The notes: generated by a model not told the origin, from the sequence alone. A DNA stretch of 64,000 bases from Candidatus Latescibacterota bacterium (GCA_965248265.1 CBDFJF010000001.1:3040001-3104000); one strand, 5' to 3'; shown: positions 1-10,854, numbered from the stretch's first letter. A program made the numbers and translations.

Positions 1-44
1 GGGGCATTCGCAACAGTGGATTTACATGACGATCTAACGGGCAG

Positions 45-1031
45 ATGTCCATGAGAGCGGCCGTTGAACACCAAGACAGTGCCAAGCGGATGGCAGACGC
101 GGCCGCAGGGTTGCTGGCCTGCTTGGATGAGGACCAACAGTCCAGAGTGCGCATCGACTTCGCCGACCATCAGGAACGCACAAACTGGCACTATGTCCCG
201 AGGGAACGCGCAGGACTGTCTCTCAAGAACATGGATGACAACCAGCGGGCGCACACGCAAAAGCTTCTGGCAAGCGGTCTCAGTGTCTCCGCAGTGGCCA
301 CGGCCAAGACCATAATCGAACTCGAGCCCATTTTGGGTGCCCTAGAAGGCTCGACGGGTAGATTCGCTCGCGATTCCGAGCTGTACTTTGTCTCCATCTT
401 CGGCGACACTGGCGCGGATAGATGGGGTTGGCGCTTCGAGGGACATCACCTATCGGTCAACTACACGATCATCGACAACCGCTGGATCTGCGCCACGCCC
501 TTGTTCTTCGGGGCAAACCCGGCCGAGGTTCGCCATGGTGAACGCGAGGGTCTCAGAGCATTGGCAGTTGAAGAGGATCTCGCCCGCGAACTGCTGTTTG
601 ACCTGGATGGCGAACAGCGGCGGCAAGCAATCGTCAACACCGAAGCCCCCACGGACATCCTCACGCGAAACAGCGCCTATGTGCGCGATGAGGTGGAACC
701 CGAAGGATTGTCAGCGGTGGACATGAATCAGTCACAGCGAAATGGATTGCGCCGCCTGGTGGAGGTTTACGTGCAGCGGTTGCCGGAGCCGTTGGCCACG
801 GCGGAAATGGCGAATCTGGAGTCGACGGATTTGACGGCCACGCACTTCGCATGGGCGGGGGCTGCTGAGCGGGGGGCGGCGCATTACTATCGCGTGCAGG
901 GCGCCGTCTTTCTGGCCGAGTATGACAACACGCAAAACGACGCCAACCACATTCACGCGGTGTGGCGCAACCTGTTAAATGATTTCGGCGAGGATCTGCT
1001 GAAGGATCACTATCAGCAGAGCCACCGTTGA
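45..1031 (+). CDS. DUF3500 domain-containing protein
   Basis: Motifs WHYVPRERAGL, WGWRFEGHHLSVN, PLFFGANP and EYDNTQNDANHIHAVWR...NDFG are typical of DUF3500. Confidence 0.85.
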   Translation: MSMRAAVEHQDSAKRMADAAAGLLACLDEDQQSRVRIDFADHQERTNWHYVPRERAGLSLKNMDDNQRAHTQKLLASGLSVSAVATAKTIIELEPILGALEGSTGRFARDSELYFVSIFGDTGADRWGWRFEGHHLSVNYTIIDNRWICATPLFFGANPAEVRHGEREGLRALAVEEDLARELLFDLDGEQRRQAIVNTEAPTDILTRNSAYVRDEVEPEGLSAVDMNQSQRNGLRRLVEVYVQRLPEPLATAEMANLESTDLTATHFAWAGAAERGAAHYYRVQGAVFLAEYDNTQNDANHIHAVWRNLLNDFGEDLLKDHYQQSHR

Positions 1032-1083
1032 GACGCTGGTGAATGGAGGGCAGGTGAGCTAGGGACGGCCAAAGTCGCCAAGC

Positions 1084-1395
1084 TTATCCAATCTTGCGGG
1101 CTTCACTCCTGGAGCGGCGAGCGGCTTCCTCTTCCTTGAATCCCGCCATCTCCTTCTGGAGCCGGCCTATCGACTTGGCGGTCTTGTTCTTTTTCTTATC
1201 CAGGATGGCCTTGTTCTTCTCGACCACCATCTTCTGACCCTGGGCCGTCTTGAGGCGGTTGAGGGTTTCCTGTCTTACGGAAGCTACCTGACTGATCTGC
1301 CGGTTCATGCGGCCCACCAGCTGGGTCGTCATCACCTTGGCGACAACGACGGCGAAGACGAATACCAGCGCCAGTATCATGGCAATGGCTTCCAT
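1084..1395 (-). CDS. Small membrane-anchored coiled-coil protein
   Basis: N-terminal hydrophobic helix followed by a K/E/R/Q-rich helical region; resembles 15210..15599. Confidence 0.75.
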   Translation of the reverse strand: MEAIAMILALVFVFAVVVAKVMTTQLVGRMNRQISQVASVRQETLNRLKTAQGQKMVVEKNKAILDKKKNKTAKSIGRLQKEMAGFKEEEAARRSRSEARKIG

Positions 1396-1453
1396 CAGCT
1401 CAGCCTCTCATAGACAATCTGCAAGACCAGACCTACTGGGGGTGCGGGAAAAA

Positions 1454-1489
1454 CGACAATCCCAGGCACAGCGACAATCTTAGGCACAG
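1454..1489. repeat. 18-bp imperfect tandem repeat CGACAATC(CC/TT)AGGCACAG
   Basis: Two adjacent copies, 16/18 identical, in the intergenic region; GACAATCT also occurs at 1413. Confidence 0.7.
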
Positions 1490-1538
1490 CACCGTACGTA
1501 AAGTCAAAAATAGGTTGCTGTGTCGATTAAGCAAGCAT

Positions 1539-4500
1539 TTAGTCACTGCGCTCCACCTCCTCCAACTGGCGGTCCAGCCGAGTAGTGGACACGGGCTGTG
1601 AGGTTCCCAGCTCCTGTGCAAACACGGAAACACGCCACTCCTCAACCAACCAGCGAAGCCCTTCAAGCCGGCCTTCTCGAACTGAACCGGGTTCCGGCGG
1701 GGCACTCAGGAATCGCACCAACGACTCAGCATACGGTCTGACCAGTTGTGCCTTCTGGGCGTCTCTTACGGCATCCGATCTGGCTCGATCAGCCCTGATC
1801 AATACGGCCTGAAGGTAGCGGGAGAGGTCGACGAGACGCTCCAGTGGAACTTGAAGCAGAAAGCGTTCCGGTACCAGGCGCTCGACGTCCACTCGCATCT
1901 CTGGGTAGGGGTGGGGGCAGGACAAGACCTTGCGCTTGTTCTCGAGCACCGCGCTGGCCAGGCGCAGGAAGCGCTCGGCAAGACCTGTCATGTTCTTGAG
2001 ACCCCGGGACTCCTCTTCCTCGAAACGCGTCAGCGTCAGTGGCAGGACCTCGGAGCGGCCGTACAGATGTTCGAGAAGATGCTCGTAAGCATCCATCTCG
2101 AATACGGTATCACCGTGAATGTGAACGCCTCCTGCGTCAGCGCTGTGGGAGTCGGCGCAGTACCAGTCGGCGAATCGGCGGCCATCCCGCAGACCACGCC
2201 GCATCCAGGCAAGTTCGGTCTTGGAACTCAGTTCGTGCAGCCGGATGAGTGCCTTTCGCGAATGGCGTTCTGCCTGTGCGCGCGTCTTGAAGAGGCGAAC
2301 GCCTATTGAGGTCTCAAGTTCAAGACCCGGATAACCCAGATGAGGGATCCCCTCAGCACCCGAGATTTCGACCTGTTCTGGAAGGTTGCCAATATCCCAA
2401 TGCTCTACACCGTCCCGATGCCACTCAGCAGCGGCCCGATTCCACACCTCGCTCTCCGGCCTTGCGCGCGATTGATCCTCCAGGCGTTCGGCGATCTCTG
2501 AAACATCCCGTCCCGCCAGCAGGGACTCGCCGGCCTGGCCGCTAACCTCAACCCGCATCTTCAAGTGCTGTGGAAGGTCGGTGGCATCGCCCCAATCAGA
2601 GCGCCGGATTTGAATCCCGTAACGCTCGGCGAGAAACTCCTCCAGCGACTCGAGGAACGAGGGGTGGGTCGGCTTCATGTCGGCGGCGATCGCCTTTGCC
2701 GTCTGCGGTATGGGTACCAACTGTTTGCGGATCGTCTTGGGTAACGATCGCAGCAGGCACGTAACCTTCTCTTCACGCAGCCCGGGCACCAGCCACTCCA
2801 GCACTTCTGGCCGCACCGCGTGAATGAGCTTGTAGGGTACCTTGACGGTGACGCCATCGTCTTCCTGTCCGGGCCGGTAGGCGTAGCTGAGGCTCAGTTG
2901 TTCATCTCCCAACTCAAGAGCATCTGGAAATGCCTGGCGATCAAACTCGACACCGCGCTCGCCAAGCAGGTCTGACTCACTCATGAACAAGAAGCGCCCG
3001 GGGCGGTTCTTGATCAGCCTGTCGACGTCTTGCAGTGAACAGATCGAGTCATGCGTTTCACTATCCCGAAAGCGGTCGCGGTAGAAGTCGAACGCCGCCT
3101 GGTCCAGATCCAGGTCGTCATGCTGTCGACGACACGCTTGCCAGGCCTCCAGTCGCTCGCGCAGTTGACGGTTGTGGGACAGGAAGGCATGCCTGGCATG
3201 AAATCCGTTTTCCTCCGGAATGCCGTCAGCGATGAGGGCTTCGCGAATGAAGAGCTCGGTGGCGGCAACGGCGTCTACCCGTCCATACGGCACCAGCCGA
3301 CTGTTCAACTCCAACCCGTGAAGGCGCACGACCTCGCGCACCAAGACACGCCCGGCGTCCGGGTACCAGGCCGGATCACGATACGTCGACCGGCACAGGT
3401 GCCCGACCAGCTCCTCCAGCCAATCCGGGTCGATGCGGGCAACGGTGCGGGCGAAGAGGCGCGAGGTCTCGACCATTTCGGCCGCCACGATCCACCTTGG
3501 GGAAGAGCCGCCAGTCGAGGGGTCGGCAGCGCGTTCGAACAGGCCGGATCCGGGAAACAGCATTGGCTCCTTGCCACGTAGCGCCTGGTAGAGGTTGCGC
3601 TCCTTCTTTCGCGCCAGGTTGCCGACCAGACCAGTGACGATCGAGCGGTGGATGGCGTCGTAGCCGCCGCGGCCGGCCTTTACGTCGATGGCCCCGTCCT
3701 GCCTGCGTTTGCCGACTTCTCGCAGAGACTCGGAGATCTGGGCGTGGATGTCGCGCCATTCCCGCATGCGGGTAAAGGAGAGGAAGTGCTGACGGCAGAA
3801 CTTGCGCATCTGGCTCTGCGTCGGCAGGCGTTCGAAGCGCTCGTGGTAGGAATCCCAGATTTTGAGCAGGCTCAGGAAATCAGAGTGGGCATGCCGGAAT
3901 TGCCGGTGCTGACGATCTGCTTCCTCCTGGCGATCCAGCGGGCGTTCACGAGGGTCCTGAATGGAGATGGCAGCGGCGATGATGAGAACCTGCGACACCG
4001 CATTCTCTTCCCGCGCTTGCAGTAACATGCGTGAGACCGCCGGCGCGATCGGTAAACGAGCCATGTCGCGGCCCAGCGGAGTAAGGCGCCTTCCATCGTC
4101 CAGGGCACCGAGCTCCTGAAGCTGCTGATAGCCACTTCGTATAGCCGGAGGCTTGGGCGGATCGAGGAAGGGAAAATCATCGATGGCCCCCAGACCCAGG
4201 TCCTGCATGCGCAGGATCACGTCCGCCAGGTCACTTCGCTGGATTTCGGGGGGTGTGTGCTCGGGACGAGAGATCAGGTCGGCCTCGCTGTAGAGACGAA
4301 CGCAGATGCCATCGCGCAAACGCCCACAACGGCCCTGGCGCTGCGCCGCGCTGGCCTGTGACACGGGCTCGATCGGCAGTCTCTGCGTGTGGGTGCGGGG
4401 GTTGTAGCGGTTGATCCGAGCCAACCCGGTGTCGACGACGTAGCGGATCCCCGGGATCGTCAACGAGGTCTCGGCGATGTTGGTGGCCAGAACGACTCGC

Positions 4501-5582
4501 CGTTTCGTCCCTGGCGAGAACACGCGTTGCTGCTCGGCTGCGGTGAGCCGGCCGAACAATGGTAAAACCTCGAGCCGCGATGCGGAAAGGCCTCGCTCGG
4601 CGGCCAGTCTGGCCGGCAACAGATCGACCGCCTCACGGATGTCGCGCTCACTCGGCAGGAAGACCAGCAGGTCTCCGGAGTCCGACTCGCCCAGCAAGTT
4701 CTGGACTGCACGGACCGCGCCGTCGACGTAGGAGAGATCCTCGGAGCTGCCCTCCTCCTCCAACAACTCCTCCAGTGGCCAGTAGCGGACCTCGACTGAG
4801 AACAGGCGTCCGGAGACCTCGACCACTGGGGCATTGTCGAAAGCCTGCGAAAAGCGGGCAACGTCGATGGTAGCGGAGGTGATGATGACTTTGAGGTCCG
4901 GGCGACGCTTCACCAACAACCGCAAGTACCCGAGGATGAAGTCAATATTGAGCGAGCGTTCGTGGGCTTCGTCGACGATAATGGTGTCGTACTCGAGCAG
5001 ATCCGGGTCAGAGCGAATCTCGGCCAGCAGAATGCCGTCCGTCATCATCTTGACCAGCGTTTCGGGCACCGTGCGGTCGCGGAAGCGGATCTTGCAACCA
5101 ACCTCGGCTCCCCACTGCACGTCCAACTCTTCAGCCAGTCGGCGAGACAGCGATTGTGCTGCTACCCTCCTGGGCTGAGTGCAGCCGATCTTTGCTTGCC
5201 GGCCTCGGCCCGCAGCCAGACAAATCTTGGGAATCTGGGTGGTTTTTCCAGATCCGGTCTCGCCGACGATGACGGTGACGGGATGCTCCCGAATCATGCG
5301 CGCGATTTCCTCTACCCGCGTCGTTATCGGAAGCTCTTTCGGGTACTCGATCGCGAGTCGCGTATCAACCCGACGCCGATGCAGTTTCTTGGATCGCTCC
5401 ACCCGTTCCAGGATGCGGTCAAGGTCCCGTTGCCAGTTGGATGACCTCTTGCCTTTGGGACGTCGCTTCAACTCGCGGGCGCGACGACCGAGCCGAACTC
5501 GATCAGCCTGCATGCAACCATCCAGATCAGTCTCAATGCGGGCGAGCCTGGCAAGTGAGTCCTGTGGGTCCTCGGTCGGCAT
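1539..5582 (-). CDS. hrpA: ATP-dependent RNA helicase HrpA
   Basis: GETGSGKTTQ, TQPRRVAA, DEAHERS, SAT, ATNIAETSLT and QRxGRxGR motifs; C-terminal EEWRVSVFAQELGT. Confidence 0.95.
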   Translation of the reverse strand: MPTEDPQDSLARLARIETDLDGCMQADRVRLGRRARELKRRPKGKRSSNWQRDLDRILERVERSKKLHRRRVDTRLAIEYPKELPITTRVEEIARMIREHPVTVIVGETGSGKTTQIPKICLAAGRGRQAKIGCTQPRRVAAQSLSRRLAEELDVQWGAEVGCKIRFRDRTVPETLVKMMTDGILLAEIRSDPDLLEYDTIIVDEAHERSLNIDFILGYLRLLVKRRPDLKVIITSATIDVARFSQAFDNAPVVEVSGRLFSVEVRYWPLEELLEEEGSSEDLSYVDGAVRAVQNLLGESDSGDLLVFLPSERDIREAVDLLPARLAAERGLSASRLEVLPLFGRLTAAEQQRVFSPGTKRRVVLATNIAETSLTIPGIRYVVDTGLARINRYNPRTHTQRLPIEPVSQASAAQRQGRCGRLRDGICVRLYSEADLISRPEHTPPEIQRSDLADVILRMQDLGLGAIDDFPFLDPPKPPAIRSGYQQLQELGALDDGRRLTPLGRDMARLPIAPAVSRMLLQAREENAVSQVLIIAAAISIQDPRERPLDRQEEADRQHRQFRHAHSDFLSLLKIWDSYHERFERLPTQSQMRKFCRQHFLSFTRMREWRDIHAQISESLREVGKRRQDGAIDVKAGRGGYDAIHRSIVTGLVGNLARKKERNLYQALRGKEPMLFPGSGLFERAADPSTGGSSPRWIVAAEMVETSRLFARTVARIDPDWLEELVGHLCRSTYRDPAWYPDAGRVLVREVVRLHGLELNSRLVPYGRVDAVAATELFIREALIADGIPEENGFHARHAFLSHNRQLRERLEAWQACRRQHDDLDLDQAAFDFYRDRFRDSETHDSICSLQDVDRLIKNRPGRFLFMSESDLLGERGVEFDRQAFPDALELGDEQLSLSYAYRPGQEDDGVTVKVPYKLIHAVRPEVLEWLVPGLREEKVTCLLRSLPKTIRKQLVPIPQTAKAIAADMKPTHPSFLESLEEFLAERYGIQIRRSDWGDATDLPQHLKMRVEVSGQAGESLLAGRDVSEIAERLEDQSRARPESEVWNRAAAEWHRDGVEHWDIGNLPEQVEISGAEGIPHLGYPGLELETSIGVRLFKTRAQAERHSRKALIRLHELSSKTELAWMRRGLRDGRRFADWYCADSHSADAGGVHIHGDTVFEMDAYEHLLEHLYGRSEVLPLTLTRFEEEESRGLKNMTGLAERFLRLASAVLENKRKVLSCPHPYPEMRVDVERLVPERFLLQVPLERLVDLSRYLQAVLIRADRARSDAVRDAQKAQLVRPYAESLVRFLSAPPEPGSVREGRLEGLRWLVEEWRVSVFAQELGTSQPVSTTRLDRQLEEVERSD

Positions 5583-5591
5583 TCTCTTGGC

Positions 5592-6596
5592 TCAAGACCT
5601 GGAGGCGACGACGCAATCCATTGCGTGGCTGGTACGGGCAGCCGTGACACCAGTGCTTGGACAGGTGCCGAGTCCGCGCAATGCGTCGACGATGGTCTGG
5701 ATCAGCGGTTCCTGCACGTGGGCTGGTGGGGGGAGCCGGAATTCTTCGGTCTTTCCGTTTTCCCGGACCAAGGTCAGCGGCTCGTCGAGCCCGAAGGTAG
5801 AGAAGGTGATGCGACCCCGTGAGCCGACGATGTCGGTGCGGTCAATGTTATCTTGGGCGGACAGATTGAAGCACCAGATGCCGTTGCCGATGACGCCCGA
5901 TTCAAAGGCGAAGGAGGCGGAGACGGCATCTTCGGCCGGGTACCATCCGGCCTGGTTGACGGCGTGCCCCCGCGCCGAGTCGATGGGCCCGAGCAGAAAA
6001 TCCAACAGGTCTAACTGATGACTGCCCACATCGAAGAAAAGGCCACCACCGGAGATCTCGGGCAGCACCCGCCACGGCAGTGCGCCGGCATCCAGATGGT
6101 CTGGGGAGGGCGGCCCAACAAGGGTAACGCCAGCAAACCGGACATCGCCGATGGCGCCGTCCTCGATTAACTCTCGTGCCTTCAGAAAGGTCGGCAGGCG
6201 GCGGCGGTAATAGGCGACAAAAAGGGGAACATCGGCGTCGTGGCAGGCGTCGATCATGCGCTTGCACTCATCGTGAGTGCGGGCCATCGGTTTTTCGACG
6301 TACACCGGCTTCCGCGCGCTGGCGGCGCGCATCGTATACTCCGCGTGGCTGTCGGGCGTCGTGGCGATGTAGATGGCATTGACCTCGGGGTCGGCGATCA
6401 ACTCATCGGCGTTCGAGTACCACCGCGGCACCCCATGGCGCTGAGCGTAGTCGCGTGCCTTCTCGCCGTCACGACGCATCACAGCGACTCTGCTGGAGCC
6501 TTCGATGCGATCAAAGGCAGGCCCGCTCTTGACCTCAGTCACATCGCCGCAACCGAGAATGCCCCACCTGATTTCATCCTTCATCACGCCCGTCAT
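5592..6596 (-). CDS. Gfo/Idh/MocA family oxidoreductase
   Basis: WGILGCGDV, YVEKPMA, AYYRR and GGLFFDVGSH motifs; start trimmed to ATG 6596 (6584 is an alternative). Confidence 0.9.
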   Translation of the reverse strand: MTGVMKDEIRWGILGCGDVTEVKSGPAFDRIEGSSRVAVMRRDGEKARDYAQRHGVPRWYSNADELIADPEVNAIYIATTPDSHAEYTMRAASARKPVYVEKPMARTHDECKRMIDACHDADVPLFVAYYRRRLPTFLKARELIEDGAIGDVRFAGVTLVGPPSPDHLDAGALPWRVLPEISGGGLFFDVGSHQLDLLDFLLGPIDSARGHAVNQAGWYPAEDAVSASFAFESGVIGNGIWCFNLSAQDNIDRTDIVGSRGRITFSTFGLDEPLTLVRENGKTEEFRLPPPAHVQEPLIQTIVDALRGLGTCPSTGVTAARTSHAMDCVVASRS

Positions 6597-6612
6597 GGTT
6601 GAAGGGTAAAAC

Positions 6613-7641
6613 TCACGACGGGGGCAGCACCTGCCAGTGACTCCAACCATAGGTTACGGCAACCGCTGCCCACAGTGCTTGCCTGGCCCACTGTGGATAG
6701 GTGCGCACGCCGATGGCGCCGAGCGTGGCAAGGCAGGGCAGGGCAGCCACCGCGTAGAAGTCATGGGGCAGCCACAACAGCCAGACGCACGTAGGAATCC
6801 CTGCTCCCAGCAGCAGGACGCCGTGCCGGGGGTCGCGGTGCCAATCACGACAGGCAATGACCCCTGATAACAGCAGAAGCAGCAGGAGTCCACCCCCCAC
6901 AGCGCTCCAGGGGAGGGGCAGATCCGTACCCAACCGTCCCCACTGCGCACCGACCGCGGAAGCTGCTTTCACCTCTGAAATGCGATGAGCGATGAATCGA
7001 TTGAACTGAGTTCCGAACAGGAGGGCGAACAAGGCCGCGGGAAGAATTTGGGCAATCCACCAGTTGCGTTGTTTGCTGCGCAGGCGTTCATGGAACAAGA
7101 CCATGGCGAGGCATTGCACGAGAACGACGGCGAACAATCCTCCGTGGACGAGCTGCATCGCCAGGGCGGTTCCGGACCAGGCCGCAAGCCACGTCCACTG
7201 ACCGGCGCGGATGTACTCGAAAAAACAAAGGTAGAGGATCAGTACCGTGACGAAGGCCAGAGGCGCCGGTGCCAGGACACGTGCCTGGTTGACGAAAAAC
7301 GGGGACAGCGCCAACAGCCAGAATGCCCCGGTCGCCGCGTGGGTGCCGCCGAGGGCACGCAACACACGCGGTGTCAGGGCCAACCCCGCAGCTGAGAGCA
7401 GTACACCCAACAACCTCAACCAAAACAGGTCGTTGGATACCAGCGTCCACGTATGCAGGAGCAGCAGATAGAGTGGACTGTAGGGGATGAGCAGGAGATC
7501 GCCGACAGGAATAATCGAGCGAGTGAGGACGATGGCTTCGCCGAGATCGAGAGGTCTCGTCCCAAGCCAGGCCACAGACACAACGGCAAAGCAAACAAAG
7601 GCCGTCAAGGGAAGACGGGGGATGACTGGTGCGCTCTTCAA
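6613..7641 (-). CDS. Polytopic membrane protein, GT-C (family 39/ArnT-like) glycosyltransferase-like
   Basis: Many TM segments; SPLYLLLLHTW...LRLL and LLALSPFFV resemble GT-C motifs. Confidence 0.55.
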   Translation of the reverse strand: MKSAPVIPRLPLTAFVCFAVVSVAWLGTRPLDLGEAIVLTRSIIPVGDLLLIPYSPLYLLLLHTWTLVSNDLFWLRLLGVLLSAAGLALTPRVLRALGGTHAATGAFWLLALSPFFVNQARVLAPAPLAFVTVLILYLCFFEYIRAGQWTWLAAWSGTALAMQLVHGGLFAVVLVQCLAMVLFHERLRSKQRNWWIAQILPAALFALLFGTQFNRFIAHRISEVKAASAVGAQWGRLGTDLPLPWSAVGGGLLLLLLLSGVIACRDWHRDPRHGVLLLGAGIPTCVWLLWLPHDFYAVAALPCLATLGAIGVRTYPQWARQALWAAVAVTYGWSHWQVLPPS

Positions 7642-7723
7642 CGGTCTCCGAAAAAGTTATTAGTCGTTGTGAGCGTGGAATTTAGCGGCTCCTATGATAG
7701 CGGTCAACGAAGCCGGGGAACAA

Positions 7724-7753
7724 TTGACAACCGGGGAGGGCTACCTGTACAAT
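7724..7753 (+). promoter_or_regulatory. Sigma-70 promoter of the nfeD-floA operon
   Basis: TTGACA-18 nt-TACAAT. Confidence 0.6.
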
Positions 7754-7810
7754 GTTCCTTGCGTGGGGATTTTCAATTCAACCCAACTCCCTTCTGACAA
7801 AAGAGCAACG

Positions 7811-9253
7811 ATGCCCAATTGGTCAACGCAAATCCTTTTCCTGTTCGCATTGATTAGCACCCTGGCAGGTTTTCCCGGTGAGCAGCCAAGCCTCGCCATG
7901 GCTGAGCAGTCCACGGGAGCAGACACCATGATGGCCGATACGACCGACATCGTTGACGCGAAGGAAGCAGGGAAGCCACTGGTGCACCTGCTCAAGATCC
8001 AGACCGTCGATACCGAGGGCGGCATGATCGATCCTGGGATCACGGCCTTCGTCGAGCGGGCCGTGCAGGATGCCAACGAGGCTGACGCCGATGCCATCGT
8101 TTTCGAGATCGACACCTTTGGCGGGCGTGTCGACGCCGCCACCGTCATCAGCGACGCCATCATCGACGCCGATCCCCTGACCATCGCCTTCATCAACAAG
8201 AGGGCAATTTCAGCCGGGGCGCTGATCTCGCTGGCCTGCGACAAGATCGTCATGGTCAGTGGAGGCACCATCGGGGCGGTAACACCGGTGACTGGAGGTG
8301 GCGAAAAAGCCAGCCAGAAGATCGTCTCGGCCATGGGGGCTCAGATGCGGGCCAATGCCGAGAGCAAGGGAAGGGATCCGGATCTGGCCGAAGCCATGGT
8401 CGACGAGAGCATCGACATCCCCGGCTTCAGCGAAGTCGTCGGCCGGCCAGCGACTCTTACGACGGAAGAGGCGCTTCGCTTCGGCATGGCAGACGAAACC
8501 GCCGAGACCCTGCAACAGGTGTTGCGAATCTACGACCTGGATGACGCCGAAATAATCGAAGTCGACATCAACTGGGCGGAGCAGGTGGTTCGGCTGCTGA
8601 CCCACCCGGTCGTCACTTCCATCCTGCTGTCGGTGGCCGTGTTCGGTCTCATCGCCGAGGTGCGCACCCCGGGATGGGGGTTGGGTGGTTCGATGGCCCT
8701 TATCGCCCTGGCCCTGTTCTTCGGTAGCCACCTGGTCGTCCACCTGGCAGAATGGGACGAGTTGCTGCTCTTCGTCGTTGGCCTGGTGCTTCTAGTAGTC
8801 GAGATCGCGATAATTCCAGGTTTCGGCTTCGTCGGCGTGGCGGGGGTACTATGCATGGTAGCCAGCCTGCTACTCACCCGCCTGCCCTCGTACGATTTTT
8901 GGGGCATCGATGAGATCTCTTCCGTCGTCGGCCAGTTGGCGCTGTCGATGATCATCGGTATCGTCGGATCTGCCATCGTGCTACGCTCGCTGCCGAGGTT
9001 CGCCCTCTTCAATCGCCTGATTCTCGCCAGCGACACACCGGCATCAGAAGGTTACGTCTCGGCGCCTACCGAACATGACCACGACTTGCAAGGCATGGAA
9101 GGCGTGACGTTGACGGAGCTGCGACCGGTCGGGATCGGCCTGTTCGATGGAAGGCGCGTCGACATCATCGCCGAGGGTGACTTCATTAAAAACAAAACTG
9201 CCGTCAGGGTGATTGAAGCACGCGGCAGCCGGGTCGTGGTCAGGCCAGTATGA
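7811..9253 (+). CDS. nfeD: NfeD family protein, long form (ClpP-class protease domain, TM bundle, OB-fold)
   Basis: Signal peptide; EIDTFGGRVDAA and AISAGALI; C-terminal LRPVG...AEGDFI; start trimmed to ATG 7811. Confidence 0.9.
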   Translation: MPNWSTQILFLFALISTLAGFPGEQPSLAMAEQSTGADTMMADTTDIVDAKEAGKPLVHLLKIQTVDTEGGMIDPGITAFVERAVQDANEADADAIVFEIDTFGGRVDAATVISDAIIDADPLTIAFINKRAISAGALISLACDKIVMVSGGTIGAVTPVTGGGEKASQKIVSAMGAQMRANAESKGRDPDLAEAMVDESIDIPGFSEVVGRPATLTTEEALRFGMADETAETLQQVLRIYDLDDAEIIEVDINWAEQVVRLLTHPVVTSILLSVAVFGLIAEVRTPGWGLGGSMALIALALFFGSHLVVHLAEWDELLLFVVGLVLLVVEIAIIPGFGFVGVAGVLCMVASLLLTRLPSYDFWGIDEISSVVGQLALSMIIGIVGSAIVLRSLPRFALFNRLILASDTPASEGYVSAPTEHDHDLQGMEGVTLTELRPVGIGLFDGRRVDIIAEGDFIKNKTAVRVIEARGSRVVVRPV

Positions 9254-9768
9254 TGGATTCCCTGTTCAGTGGAGAGGCCTCGCTGTGGATCTATGCCATC
9301 GGATTGTTGATTCTGGGCTTCGTGATGATACTGCTGGAGATCTTCGTGATCCCCGGCTTCAATATCTTCGGGATCGCCGGTTTCGCCACGGTGTGCATGG
9401 GGATCTACTTCGCCTATGCCAAACTGGGAACGCAGGCGGCCATCTACGTCGGCCTGGCAGGGATCTTGGGCACGGCGGCGCTGATCTGGTTGCTGGTACG
9501 CAACCGTGCCTGGCAACGGATGGTTCTGCAACGACAGACGGATCGCGCCTCCGGCTACACCTCGGCGCCGGCCAGTCTCGAAGATCTGGTCGCCAGTACC
9601 GGGGTCGCATTGACGCCGCTGCGCCCCGCCGGGCGCGCCCAGTTCGATGAGCAAATAGTCGACGTCGTCACCGAGGGGGATTTCATCGAATCGGGTGACC
9701 CTGTGGAGGTGCTGTCCGTCCACGGTAATCGCATTGTCGTGCATACCGTCGGCGCTGCCCAGGGTTGA
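9250..9768 (+). CDS. NfeD family protein, short form
   Basis: Three TM helices, EIFVIPGF, and TPLRPAGRA...VVTEGDFI OB-fold. Confidence 0.88.
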   Translation: MMDSLFSGEASLWIYAIGLLILGFVMILLEIFVIPGFNIFGIAGFATVCMGIYFAYAKLGTQAAIYVGLAGILGTAALIWLLVRNRAWQRMVLQRQTDRASGYTSAPASLEDLVASTGVALTPLRPAGRAQFDEQIVDVVTEGDFIESGDPVEVLSVHGNRIVVHTVGAAQG

Positions 9769-9861
9769 TGGCGATCACGAAAAAAAAGCGTACACTAAAC
9801 CTGAGTGTATATGGTAGCACACATGCGGCACACGCGGCATCGACACGGGAGTAGGTAGGCT

Positions 9862-10848
9862 ATGGAGGCGCTCTTTTACCTCGCAGTTCTAATCGGGATT
9901 CTTATCGTCCTGGGTCTGTTCACGTACTTCGTTCCGATCGGTCTATGGATCACGGCCTACTTCGCCGGCGTGAAAGTCGGAATCTTCCGCGACCTGGTCG
10001 GAATGCGTTTGCGCAAGGTGCCCCCTGCGGCCATCGTGCGACCGAAGATCAGTGCGGAGAAAGCAGGACTCGACGTCCTCCTGGACCGCATGGAAGCTCA
10101 CTACCTGGCCGGCGGTAATGTCGAAAGCGTGATCCTGGCCTTGATCTCAGCCGACAAGGCCAACATCGACTTGACCTTTGAGCGTGCGACTGCCATCGAC
10201 CTGGCTGGAAGAGATGTGCTGGAAGCGGTACGGGTCAGCGTCAATCCGAAGGTCATCAACACGCCTCTCATCGCGGCGGTGGCCAAAGACGGCATCCAGG
10301 TCAAGGCGACAGCCAGGGTGACGGTGCGTGCCAACATCGATCGGTTGGTTGGCGGCGCCGGCGAGGAGACGATCATCGCCCGTGTGGGTGAAGGCATCGT
10401 GACTACCATAGGTTCGGCTGACACTCACAAGATGGTCTTGGAGAATCCAGACAGCATTTCGAAAACCGTCCTCGGCAAGGGACTGGACTCGGGAACGGCA
10501 TTCGAGATTCTTTCCATTGATGTAGCCGACGTTGATGTTGGAGAGAACATTGGAGCCAAGCTTCAAACCGAGCAGGCCGAGGCGGACCTCAAGATCGCAC
10601 GCGCCAAGGCCGAGGAACGCCGGGCCATGGCCATAGCCAGTGAGCAGGAAATGAGGGCGCTGGTCGAAGAGATGAGCGCGAGGGTGAAGGAAGCCGAGGC
10701 CGACGTACCGCGCGCCATTGCCGAATCGTTTCGCAGCGGTAACCTCGGCATCATGGATTACTACCGCATGCGCAACATTCAGTCCGATACCGATATGAGA
10801 CAGTCGATTTCTGATTCGGATTCGGGTGACGAAACGACACAGGAATAA
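9862..10848 (+). CDS. floA: Flotillin-like protein FloA (YqfA/UPF0365)
   Basis: [37 protein letters not shown] and GNLGIMDYY motifs. Confidence 0.95.
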   Translation: MEALFYLAVLIGILIVLGLFTYFVPIGLWITAYFAGVKVGIFRDLVGMRLRKVPPAAIVRPKISAEKAGLDVLLDRMEAHYLAGGNVESVILALISADKANIDLTFERATAIDLAGRDVLEAVRVSVNPKVINTPLIAAVAKDGIQVKATARVTVRANIDRLVGGAGEETIIARVGEGIVTTIGSADTHKMVLENPDSISKTVLGKGLDSGTAFEILSIDVADVDVGENIGAKLQTEQAEADLKIARAKAEERRAMAIASEQEMRALVEEMSARVKEAEADVPRAIAESFRSGNLGIMDYYRMRNIQSDTDMRQSISDSDSGDETTQE

Positions 10849-10854
10849 GTTCGC

